From Neovahlkampfia damariscottae (Eukaryota), in NCBI GenBank assembly GCA_016618085.1, contig JABLTG010000144.1, positions 1 to 52,173 on the forward strand: DNA of 52,173 nucleotides, read 5' to 3'. Each line of letters opens with the position of its first letter. Position 1 is the first letter of the stretch. Both the position numbers and the translations under genes were made by a program. This document shows, piece after piece, positions 1 to 11,333 of the stretch. A model generated the notes under the pieces. The model did no database searches, was not told the origin of the DNA, and was given only the letters and a program-made list of their open reading frames with translations.

Positions 1-158
1 AAGATTATTTCAATTGTAAATATTGTAATTTTTCTCTTCCAAGAGATTATAATGGAGCAAGAAATATATTTCTGATGAATATACAAAATTTTATTGGAAA
101 TCCAAAAACTGCCAGTACTGCTGGCGACGGTCCTATCCCGAAAGAAACCTTGATTTTA

Positions 159-1252
159 ATGTCTGGTCTGATTAATCAGAATGAACGGAAAAGTCAGTTT
201 TAAGATAGCGGTGAGTCACCATTTAAAAATAATGTTGTTGAAGACAATGTCTGCTTAATCACAGGTACAGCAATAAATATCAAATATAATATTTTATTTT
301 AGGTGGTGGAAGTGGAATATGCTTTGGTATTGCTGTAATAACTCTTTTTGTTTTTGTAAATTATTTTTTCTAACTTTGTAGAATGCAAATAATAGGAAGT
401 CTATGGAAAACATGGTGCAAAAATAGCTATTATGGGAAGAAGAGAGGGTGTCCTCAAAGAAAGTGTTGAAAAATTAAAAGCAATGAACATTGATGCAATA
501 TACGTGCAAGGTTTAAAATAAAAACAATTCTAAAGTTTCAGGTGATGTAAGAAATTATAAATCATGCGAAGATGCAGCAAAAAAAACATTTGATCATTTT
601 GGATCATTAAATACTGTTATCAATGGAGCTGCAGGAAATTTTTTAGCTCTTGCTGAAGATTTAAGGTAATTGAACAACTTTGTTAAATATTCATGTCTTT
701 AGTCCAAACGCTTTTGCGACCGTTATTCAAATTGATTTAATTGGAACATTCAACATGACATCTGCTTCTTTAAAATACTTAAAACAATCAAAAAAAGCTC
801 AAGTAATAAACATCACTGCAAGACTTGAAGGAAATTTATATCAATCACATGCTGCAAGCGCAAAAGCAGCAATTGATGCTTTAATCAAAAATTTAGCAAT
901 TGAATGGATTCCATATGGAATTCGTGTGAATGGAATTGGTTTTACTAAATTTATTTAATTTTCATTAGCTCCTGGTCCAATAAAGAATACAGTCGGAATG
1001 TCAAAACTTGCTCCTGGTTCTGATGGATCAAAAGTTAATCAAGGAATCCCAAGATGGGGAACCATATCAGAAATAGCTTATTGTGCCTTATTTTTGGGTA
1101 ATCATATTGTATTCACTAAAAAACTTAGAACCAAGCCAGCAGATTACATTAATGGTGAAACTATTGTCGTGGATGGAGCATCATCAATCATCAGACCAAA
1201 TTTGGTTCCTAAAAATGTTTATGAGAAAATCAAAAAAAAATCAAAATTATAG
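159..1252 (+). CDS. DECR2: Peroxisomal 2,4-dienoyl-CoA reductase (SDR family, DECR2/SPS19-like), multi-exon
   Basis: Spliced translation MSDSGESPFK...CLITGGGSGICFGIA...GAKIAIMGRR...INGAAGNFL...IDLIGTFN...HAASAKAAID...GIRVNGIAPGPI...VDGA. Ends in SKL (PTS1). Introns at 166-204, 265-302, 335-395, 511-541, 666-702, 939-968, and a problematic one near 1098-1128. Confidence 0.9.
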
Positions 1253-1566
1253 TTCATAAATATTTATTGTTAAGTTTCAAAAGATTTCTTTAAATTCTGT
1301 TTGAAAAGAAAAACCAGTTCTGCAGAATATTGTATTTTTTCGTTGAAGCGTTGCAGGGAACTATTGGTTGACTAGGTTTTCGAACCGGTTCCAATTACCA
1401 TGGAGAAGTAAGAGAGACTTCAGAGATTTTTTATTCAAAAATTGAAATTTTGTATTTATCTGAAGGACACCGTTGGAATCTGAGAAATTTCATTGGTTAG
1501 TGGTGCTTGAGTTTTTATTTTTAAGTGCCAATCAGAAGCTCTTAGCCACCACAAAGAATCAAACCA

Positions 1567-2028
1567 ATGCCACCTGCAAAAAAGAAACCAACTCTTGATG
1601 AAATCCAAAATTTGTATCACCTTCCATTAAATGAAGCAGCAGTCCAACTTGGCATCTGTAAAACGCTCCTCAAACAATGTTGTAGGAAATACTCAATCAA
1701 TAGATGGCCATACCGAAAGTTTAAAGCTGAAAGCAGAAGGTTTAATGAAGGAAAAGAAGTTCAACTTGAAAAGAAGCGATACATTCCTACATTCTATAAA
1801 GAACAAGCACAACTCAACTTTGTCATAGCACATGAACAAAAAAATTGTAATATACTGAATTTAGAGCATGCTAGTTCATGTAGAATCAAAGAAGGAAGTC
1901 CAGTATCAGCAGACTTTAGAACTTTTGAGTCAGATACAAATGAATCAAAGAACCATGCTCAATCTCGTTGCAACTTGCTGCCAAGCTTTCAAGAACTTAT
2001 CCAAAACATAGAAAAAAATAAATTTTAA
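1567..2028 (+). CDS. RWP-RK domain transcription factor
   Basis: Contains YHLPLNEAAVQLGICKTLLKQCCRKYSINRWPYRK, the RWP-RK signature. Intronless, with a C-terminal LLPSFQELI motif. Confidence 0.9.
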   Translation: MPPAKKKPTLDEIQNLYHLPLNEAAVQLGICKTLLKQCCRKYSINRWPYRKFKAESRRFNEGKEVQLEKKRYIPTFYKEQAQLNFVIAHEQKNCNILNLEHASSCRIKEGSPVSADFRTFESDTNESKNHAQSRCNLLPSFQELIQNIEKNKF

Positions 2029-2067
2029 ATAACCCTGTATAGGTGTTTTTTTGCCAACCAATCAAAA

Positions 2068-3415
2068 ATGGATGAATTGTTTGGTGAGGATGTTGAGACT
2101 GATGGTGAAGAAACTCCAAAAATGTTGACAATGAAAAAATCTAAAAGTGTTACTTTTGGAACTGATCCAGAGTATATCATTACTGATCAACAAGGTTTTT
2201 CTATATCTCCAAAACCATTTGAAGGTTTTCGTTTGTTTTTTTAAATTTTTAGAAAACGATGACGTGATAAATTTTGAAACTGGAAACATTGCAATTATGC
2301 CTCCTGAAAGTTCAACTGGGTCAACACTTTTGAAAAAAATAGTTTCAGCAATTTTTCCAAATTGGATTCAACCATTTTTATTAATTTTTGAAATAATTTG
2401 TGTTATAGGTGCTATTCTGTTATTTTATTTCACCCAGAACAAAAATGATATTTCAAAATTATAGTAGAACATAACATTTATTAATTATTTGAATAGTTAT
2501 ATGCCTTTTCTTGGTTTATTTGGATCTATAATTGCCACATCAGCACCTTCATCTGGTGGATTAGTTTTCTTTCCACTTGTTATTATTCTAGGATTAAATG
2601 CAAGACAGGCAGCAATTTATAGGTATCATTTTTATTTAGAAGATTAATTTTATTCAGTATGGGTGCACAAGCGATTTCAATGGGTTTTTTTGGTACAATT
2701 ACATGGTTTTCAAGAGATAGAAAATCAATCTTTATTATTCCTACTTTAATTTCAATATTTTTTGGATGTTTTGGTGTAACTATTTCAATCATTGCATTTC
2801 CAACAAAAGATGCATTATTTGCGAGGATAACATTCTTTTTTGTTGAATTTTTTTTATGTATTTATGTTATATTTGGATTATTCAGTGGAAATCCAATTTA
2901 TGTACAAGAAAAAAAATTTACATTAAATTCAGTTACTATTTTCACTTTAATTTTGACTTCAGGTTAAAGAAGAATAAAATATTAATAATTATTAGTATTT
3001 GGAGGATGGTCAATAGGATACACTGGTGTAGGATTAGGTGCATTTTGTTTCTTTTGTTTCACTGCATTTTATAAATTATCACCTCATTCATCAAGTAAAA
3101 ATAAATTTCAAATTACTAATCTATGAATTAGTGGTAACATCAATTATAATTTCAGGTTGGACAAGTTTATATTCATTTGTATTTCATTATTTTTTTGAAA
3201 GTAAAATACCATTTACACTTTGGTTAGCTTCCATTCCAGGGTTGATTATTGGAAATAGAATTGGTCCAATATTAAATAAAATGATTGGAACCAAGATAAT
3301 GTTAATGTTATTTTCATTATTATTAATTTCAGATATGTTAAAATCAATTATTGAATTAATTTTATTCCTTTTATTTGGATGGAAAATGGAAGAATTAATT
3401 GGTTTTGTCAATTAA
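2068..3415 (+). CDS. Multi-pass membrane protein, probable TauE/SafE (sulfite exporter-like) family
   Basis: Introns near 2225-2252, 2464-2495, 2622-2657, 2963-2995 and 3095-3131 join many TM segments. GSIIATSAPSSGGLVFFP and GGWSIGYTGVGLG resemble the two TauE repeats. Confidence 0.65.
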
Positions 3416-3420
3416 AAATC

Positions 3421-4101
3421 TCAATTTTTATTTTGATTAATTGAATAATTATAAACATTTTTGGTATTTTTTGGTTTAAAATTTGCAGAAATTTCAATTT
3501 TATTTTTACCAGTTTGATCAAAATTGGAATCACCAAAATATTTTCCATTCTTTTGATTTTGAAATTTAGAAAATTCAATATTATTTTGATTTTCATGCTC
3601 TGCATTCAATTTAAAAGAAAATGTTCCAAAAGGTGATTCAAATTCTTCTTCCAATTTTTTAGTTATTTTTTGATCAAATTTTTTACAAAAGCATTTTCCA
3701 ACAATTGGTATTTTTTGAATATCATATGGAATACCATTTTCATCATATTTTGAAATTTTAACATTAGATTCATAAATTGGAATTAATTGATATCCTTCAT
3801 CACATAAATCAATACATTGAAATACATTTACATATTTTTTATTTGTGCCTAAAACATAATAATTCCCTTTCAATTTTAATATTTTATCTGTAATATGTGT
3901 TTCATTCAAATCATCTTCAAATATTTTACTTTTAAATCCATTTCCTTCATCTTCAAATGTGAATCTTTTGAATTGATTTCCTTGTTGATGTTGAACAGAA
4001 GTGTATTCACGAAATTTGACGAGATTTTTATCTTTAAATATATCATTTGTCATTAAAGAGGAAAATAAAATGAAAATAATAAGGAGTTTGAACTCTAACA
4101 T
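3421..4101 (-). CDS. Hypothetical secreted protein (signal peptide, few cysteines)
   Basis: 226-aa intronless ORF with hydrophobic N-terminus MLEFKLLIIFILFSSLMT. No family recognised. Confidence 0.6.
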   Translation of the reverse strand: MLEFKLLIIFILFSSLMTNDIFKDKNLVKFREYTSVQHQQGNQFKRFTFEDEGNGFKSKIFEDDLNETHITDKILKLKGNYYVLGTNKKYVNVFQCIDLCDEGYQLIPIYESNVKISKYDENGIPYDIQKIPIVGKCFCKKFDQKITKKLEEEFESPFGTFSFKLNAEHENQNNIEFSKFQNQKNGKYFGDSNFDQTGKNKIEISANFKPKNTKNVYNYSINQNKN

Positions 4102-4163
4102 TTGGTATTTTGTTTGAATATTATTTTTTGGATCCGACCAATGAAATCAAGATTCAATAACGA
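4102..4163. promoter_or_regulatory. 62-bp bidirectional promoter with one CCAAT box (4138-4142)
   Basis: Divergent ATGs at 4101(-) and 4164(+) flank GACCAATGA. Confidence 0.6.
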
Positions 4164-4833
4164 ATGGAAAAAAACGTAAACTTCCTTTTTATATTCATCC
4201 GTAAAGTATTTATCAAATTTAGGTATTTCAGTAAAACAAGATTGGCTTGAACTCTGTATTGATTTTGTAAAAAGAGAAATTAAACCAAAAAACCAAAACG
4301 GTAAATACTTCATACATTCAATGCCGTATTAGACATGAACAAACAAATTCTGGAGCAAGTAATTCTTGAAATTTAAAATTAATTCATTAGTTTCTTGATT
4401 CTGACTTGAATTATATTGGTGATAAAAATTTGAACGAACAAGTTCAAACACTTCATAACAAAGTATTTTTGTTCGTTATTTTTAATCTGATTAGACAATA
4501 AAAGGACCTCACGTGATTCAAATTAATAAAGTGAGAGATATCTCTCGACCAATGTGTGAGGAACTTGAAGAAACCGAGAACAAATATTCTGCAACTAATA
4601 AGTTTAGAACATTGATGATTGAATTTACAGATGGAAACCAAACCTTTAAAGGTATGGAATATAGACATATAAATTCAATGAATACAAATACTCCAAAAGG
4701 AACAAAGGTTTTCTCGTTAATTTAGTTTTAATTTTTGTAGATTGTCGTTAAAGATGTTTTAGTTCGAAGAGGTATTTTACTATTAATACCTCAATGTATA
4801 AAAATTCTTGGAGGTGAAATATCTGAACAATGA
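4164..4833 (+). CDS. RMI1: RMI1-like N-terminal OB-fold protein (DUF1767; RMI1/TDRD3 type)
   Basis: Spliced translation ...VKQDWLELCI...FLDSDL...GPHVIQINKVRDIS...RTLMIEFTDGNQTFKGMEYRHI...TPKGTKIVVKDVLVRRGILLLIPQCIKILGGEI. Short protein with no C-terminal OB fold. Confidence 0.75.
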
Positions 4834-4903
4834 TGTCTGGACCATTGAAAAAAAAATAAATTATTTGTTTGTAAATAATTTCATCCAATTAAAGTGTAGG
4901 AGA

Positions 4904-6014
4904 ATGTTTGTGAAAAACAAATTGTTGGTGAACAAAAATTTTTTTTTCAAAAGAAATTACTTGACAGATTTGTCTACCAAAGAAATATCTAATTTAACAC
5001 CTATTCTACCATTTGATTTCTTTGAAGAAGATTCATTTTCAAATGAACTGAAAACAGATGGTTCAAATGAAAGAGAAGCTCGTTCATTATACAAACAAAT
5101 TATAAAATTGTTAAAAAATGATAAAACATCTAATGTTACGGATTCAATTCGATTTGTCAGAGAATCTTTTGAAAAAAATAAATTTTTACCAACACAAGAC
5201 GCAGTTGATGTAAAAAACTAATTAAACTAAATGTATTTAGATAGCATTAAATTATGCAAGAGAATACATCAAAAGACTTGAAACAAACTTTGAATCAAAA
5301 AAAGATTTAAGTGAAATTTCAGATAAACAAAAACGTTTAATCAAATATTGGGATACTTATTACTCAAGTGAACATGTTTTAGATTCTTGGTATTGTGAAT
5401 TTGATACAATAGAAAAATATTTACCATATTTATCACCAAATACCAATGCTTTAATTTTAGGATCTGGAATATCTGGAGATGGTGTCAATTTATTAAAAAA
5501 GTAAAATTTAAAATAAATTCATAATATTAGAATTAAATGTGTCACTGAAGTTGATTTTTCAAATAAAGTTTTTGAAATAATGAATGAACTATACAAAGAT
5601 TTACCAAATATGAAGTAAAAAAAAAAGAATTAAATTAAAATGAAATAGATTGTTGAAAGAAGATATTTTAACTTTAAATTTACCAAATGAATCTTTTGAT
5701 CTTATTTTTGATAAAGGAACATGTAATACAAATTCATTATGATTTAACTATTTTTAAAAGTTGATCATATTATTTCAGAAGATGAAAAAGGAATTGATTA
5801 TCAATTAATTGAAGAAAATGTTTGGAATCTCTTGAACTCAAATGGTATTTTTATGATTTGTTCAGTAATAAAATTGAATGGAATTAAAGAAATGTTTTCT
5901 TATTATAATTGGAATATTCAAATTGTAGGTGAAGAAAAAATGGAAACTCTTTTAGAAGATGGACCTTCAATTTATTTTTATCATTTGAAAAAAACAAAAG
6001 AAATCAACCAATAA
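4904..6014 (+). CDS. Mitochondrial-presequence protein with LYR-like motif fused to a class I SAM methyltransferase (EEF1AKMT4/METTL12/METTL13-like)
   Basis: Basic N-terminus, then ARSLYKQIIKL...IRFVRESFEKNK (LYR-like). Followed by YWDTYY...DSWY, ALILGSGISG (motif I), VTEVDFS, and LPNESFDLIFDKGTFD. Four short introns. Confidence 0.75.
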
Positions 6015-6026
6015 AATTCAATTTTC

Positions 6027-7313
6027 ATGTTTCAGTTGTTGAATAATGAAACAGTTTTTCCAAAGTTTTCAAATCAAAATGATATAAACATACGTCTATT
6101 TTTAAACAGAAATAATAATAATTGTAAAAAAGAAATTTCTTATCAAACAACAAATGTGAACTGTGTAAAATATATAAATTATCCTTATCTCGTCATTGGA
6201 AAATCAAATGGTGAAATTATAATTTTAAATAATAATAAAGAAATATCAAGTATTAAATTAAAATATTCTATTTCGCAGTATGTCGAAAAGAAAAAACTAA
6301 TCAAAAGAATTTCTTTTAATGAAAATGAAAACGAAATTTTAGTTTCTGGATTAAATTCAACCTTGAATTTGATACGAATATCATCACAAAGGTTTGTATT
6401 AGATACCAAATTTGAAGGTCATGATTCATTTTTGACTGATTCAAAATTTAGTTTTGATGGAAAATTCATGTTAAGCACATCTATTGATAAAAGTTTCAAA
6501 TTATGGAACAAAAATATAAGAAGACCTTTGTTTTCTCATTCCTTAAAAGAAATACCAAACGCTTGTTGTTTTGACCCAAAGGATTCATTCACTCTATTGA
6601 CATCGTTTGACAGTAAATATTTCATATCTCATTAAACAACAGATTATGTTGAAATATATGATATAAGAAAACACAATTCATATTTAAGATTGATTGAAGG
6701 GAATTTAAATCCAAATGGCATCAATAGTTCAGATTCAATTTCAAAATTTAGTTTTTTTGACAATGAATCGACATCACAAAGAATTGAAGATGATGAATTC
6801 AAATCAATATCGAATTTAATGGTAAATAACCAAAATAAGAAAAGTTATTTTGATAAGAAAACAAAAAGTTTCAAAAGGCAATTTACTGATCATCGAATTT
6901 CATCTAAAATATTTGATATTCAGTTTTCTTCTTGTGGATCATACTTGATTACATCTTCAACTGACAATACAATTAAAATGTGGGATATGAAAACCGGAAA
7001 AGGATTATTCACTTTTAATGGCTGTAATTTAAATTCAAGATGTAGACCAAAATTTTTTTACGATGATAGGTATTGGAAATTTTGATTCATTTTTCTCAGA
7101 ATAATTTTATGTGGCTCAAATGATGGATATGTGTACTTTTGGAAAACTTTTGAAGGAAAAGATGAATCAAATTCAGGAAATCATTTCATGAAATTGAAAA
7201 TTGAAAAATATCCATTACTTGCACTTGATATTGGAGGAAAAGATAATTTTATAACCACAGGTGATACCTCAAGCAATTTATACACCATTCTCAGTGGATC
7301 TTTCAATGGGTGA
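6027..7313 (+). CDS. WD40-repeat protein
   Basis: WD repeats GHDSFLTDSKFSFDGKFMLSTSIDKSFKLWN, FSSCGSYLITSSTDNTIKMWD and CGSNDGYVYFWK. Introns near 6614-6642 and 7069-7099. Confidence 0.85.
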
Positions 7314-7652
7314 CTCAATGGTGAAACCATAATTTAAAATAATACTTTTTTAATGATTTATTCAACCATTTTTGTTTAAAGATTTCATATGATGACAATT
7401 TTAAATAGCATTAGTGATTCTTCATGATATCTATACAATCTTTCGGGACTGAAATTTTTTTTGGTTTTTTCTCAAGTTCACTTTCAACAAAAACTGTCAA
7501 AACAAATTTCTCTCGAGATATAGATTATTTTCTCTTTTAGAGTGGAAAAATAACAAAAAAATATACTTCCTTCTATTTTAAATAGACCAATCATATTGAT
7601 TTATTTTGTAGATTTTTTCTCTAACCGAATAACCAAAACACAGACTCACACT

Positions 7653-8627
7653 ATGTCCGAACAAAAAAAGAATACAACTACAGCTTTTCTCATTGACTTT
7701 ACTATTGGAGGTGTTTCAGGCGCTGTTGCTGTAATTATATTATTTTTTTTGACCACTTTTATTTAGAAAACACTTACTGCTCCAATTGAAAGAGTTAAAC
7801 TTCTTATCCAAACACAAGACGCTAATCCAAGAATTAGAAGCGGTGAAGTACCACGTTACACTGGTATTGGAAACTGTTTCACTCGTGTCTATGCTGAACA
7901 AGGATTAGGTGCTTTCTGGCGTGGAAATTTCACAAACGTTATTCGTTATTTCCCAACACAAGCTTTCAACTTTGCGTTCAAAGATACAATCAAAAAACTC
8001 TTTCCAAAATACAGTCCAAAAGAAGAATTCGGAAAATTTTTCTTGGTTCAATTAGCTTCTGGTGGTTTGGCTGGTGCTGGTTCACTTTGCATTGTTTATC
8101 CATTAGATTATGCTCGTACTAGACTTGCTTCAGATGTTGGTTCAGGAAAACGTGATTTCAATGGTTTATGGGATTGTTTGAAAAAAACTTCACAAGGACC
8201 AAAAGGTGTTTTAGGACTTTACAATGGATTTGGAGTATCTGTTATGGGAATTATTCCATACAGAGGTGTTTACTTCGGTCTCTTTGATTCACTCAGAGAA
8301 AAAAATCCATACAAAAAAGATTTAGGTATCAAAGGTATTCTTTCAAAATTCGTTGTTGCTCAATTCACAGCTATTGCTGCAGGATATGCTTCATACCCAC
8401 TTGATACAGTCAGAAGACGTCTTCAAATGCAATCTGAAAAACCAAAAGAACAATGGATCTACAAAGGTGCTATGCATGGTTTCGCAAAAATTGCAAAAGA
8501 TGAAGGTGTTACAGCTTTATTTAAAGGTGCTGGTGCAAACGCTTTGAGAACAGTTGGTTCAGCTTTAGTTTTAGTTTTATATGATCAAATTCAAGGAATG
8601 ATTGCTGCTGCAGAAGAAAAAAAATAA
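7653..8627 (+). CDS. AAC: Mitochondrial ADP/ATP translocase
   Basis: Contains GGVSGAVAKTLTAPIERVKLLIQTQD, FWRGNFTNVIRYFPTQAFNFAFKD, YPLDYARTRLASD and DTVRRRLQMQS. One intron at 7731-7766. Confidence 0.97.
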
Positions 8628-8736
8628 AACATTAAAATGCACTATTATTTGATCATTTATACCCAAATTCATTTTCTTCTGTTTTATTTTTTATCCAATA
8701 AATTCCATTTCAGTTTTTTTTTCGCCAATCAGAAAC

Positions 8737-11207
8737 ATGTTGAAAAAACTTCAAAAAGTGATGAATACTACTTTCTAATTTTTTTTTTTCAGGCAAAATG
8801 TGGAAGATATTATTCTAAGAAAGTACAAATGAGTCGTTTAGAAAATGATAAATTTTTTTCATATGATACTTTACAAGCAACTTTGAAAAAAGTGAACAAA
8901 AACTTAGACAGACCTTTAACATTGTCAGAAAAAGTACTTTATAGTCATCTTGATGATCCTACACAAGAAATTAAAAGAGGAGAAAGTTATTTAAATTTAA
9001 GACCTGATAGAGTTGCTATGCAAGTAAGTCTTTTTTTTTTTTTAATATATTTCTTTAAAAGGATGCGACTGCACAAATGGCTTTACTTCAATTTATGACT
9101 TGTGGAAAAGATAAAGTTGCTGTTCCATCAACAATTCATTGTGACCATCTTATTGCTGCTGAAAATGGTGGAGCAAAAGATTTACAAGTCGCAAAAGATA
9201 CAAACAAAGAAGTTTATGATTTTCTTCAATCAGTAGGTGCTAAACATGATATTGGTTTTTGGAAACCAGGTTCTGGAATTATTCATCAAATTGTTTTAGG
9301 TACCTACACTTTTGTTTTATTTTAATTTTTTTTTTTCCATAGAAAATTATGCTTTTCCAGGAGGATTGATGATTGGAACTGATTCACATACAGTTAATGC
9401 TGGTGGTCTTGGTATGTGTGCTATTGGTGTTGGAGGTGCTGATGCTGTTGATGTTATGGCAGGTTTGTTTAATATTATATTAATATAATTTTAAGGATTA
9501 CCATGGGAATTAAAAGCACCAAAAGTAATTGGTGTTCATTTAACAGGAAAATTAAGTGGATGGGCATCACCAAAAGATATTATTTTGAAAGTAGCTGATA
9601 TTTTAACTGTTAAAGGTGGTACAGGTGCCATTGTTGAATATTATGGATCAGGTGTTGATTCTATTTCATGTACTGGTATGGCTACTATCGCGAACATGGG
9701 TGCTGAAATTGGAGCTACTACATCAATTTTCCCATTTAATGAAAGAATGGGTGATTATCTTAGAGCTACAGGAAGGTAAAAACAAAAAGTTTATTGAAAA
9801 ATTATTTTTAGAAAAGAATGGGCTGAATTAGCAAAAGAAAATCAAGATTTATTATCTGCAGATAAAGGATGTGTTTATGATAGAGTTATTGAAATTGATC
9901 TCAATAAATTAGAACCACATTTAAATGGACCATTTACACCTGATTTAGGAAATCCAATTAGTCAAATGAAAGAAAATGTTAAAAAGAATGATTGGCCACA
10001 AGAATTAAAAGTTGGTTTAATTGGAAGTTGTACAAATTCATCATATGAAGATATGAACAGAGTTGCTTCAATTTGTAAAGAAGCACTTTCACATGGATTA
10101 AAAGCAAAATCATTATTTACTATTACACCAGGTTCAGAACAAATTAGAGCAACTATTGAAAGAGATGGAATTCTTGAAACAATGGAAAAAGCTGGAGGTG
10201 TTGTTTTGGCGAATGCTTGTGGACCATGTATTGGACAATGGAATAGAAAAGATGTTCCAAAAGGAGAAAAAAATTCAATTGTTACATCATATAACCGTAA
10301 TTTTGCACTCAGAAATGATGGTAACCCTGGTACTCATGCTTTTGTTGCTTCACCTGAACTTGTTACAGCTATGGTATTTGCTGGTAAAGTTGACTTTAAT
10401 CCAGCTACAGACTCTCTTGTAGGTTCTGATGGAAAAGAATTTAAATTATCTTCACCATATGGTGATGAACTTCCAACAAATGGTTTTGATGCAGGTGAAA
10501 ATACATTTATTCAACCACCTGAAGATAGAAAATCAGTAAATGTTATTGTTGATCCAAAATCACAAAGACTTCAACTTTTAGAACCATTTACTGCTTGGGA
10601 TGGAAAAGATATTGTCGAAGCTGAAATTTTACTCAAAGCTTTTGGAAAATGTACAACTGATCATATTTCAATGGCAGGTCCATGGCTTAAATTCAGAGGT
10701 CATTTGGATAATATTTCAAATAATATGTTAATTGGTGCAGTAAATGAAGAAAATAAAAAAGTAAACTCTGTAAAAAATAAATTTACAGGAGAATATGCTG
10801 GTGTACCACAAACTGCTAGAGACTATAAAGCAAGAGGAGTTTCTTGGGTTGTTATTGGAGATGAAAATTATGGTGAAGGTTCATCACGTGAACATGCTGC
10901 ACTTGAACCACGTTTCTTAGGTGGAAAAGCAATTATTGTTAAAAGTTTTGCTCGTATTCATGAAACAAATTTGAAAAAACAAGGTGTTCTTCCTTTGACA
11001 TTTGAAAATTCAGAAGATTATAACAAAGTTGATTCAGATGATAAAGTATCACTTTCAATTAAAGATATTGCTCCTGGAAAACCAGTTATGATGACATTAA
11101 AGAAAAAAGATGGAAAATCAGTTGAAATTAAATTACTTCATACAATGAATAATCTTCAAATTGAATGGTTCAAAGCTGGTTCTGCTTTGAATTCAATTAG
11201 AAAATAA
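8737..11207 (+). CDS. ACO2: Mitochondrial aconitate hydratase
   Basis: Contains [62 protein letters not shown] and [12 protein letters not shown]. Five short introns. Confidence 0.98.
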
Positions 11208-11333
11208 ATTCTTTTTTATCTTTCGAAAGATTCAGAAATATTACAAAGACCATGAGTGAACCTTTATTTGTCCAATAATATTTCTCTTACATTTTTTCAA
11301 TTTGAATTTGTGTGTTTGGTCCATATTCTCAAT

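Noticed and set aside
111..125. GCCAG-TACTG-CTGGC inverted repeat
   Set aside because: Only a 5-bp stem with no other support.
680..1252. Fragmented ORFs suggesting pseudogenes or an alternative genetic code
   Set aside because: Short GT-AG introns explain the breaks. TAA, TAG and TGA all act as stops at conserved C-termini.
1320..1520. GC-richer intergenic stretch with GGTTTTCGAACC, suggestive of a tRNA T-arm
   Set aside because: I could not build a cloverleaf or an A-box. More likely the extended promoter of the RWP-RK gene (several CCAAT/ATTGG).
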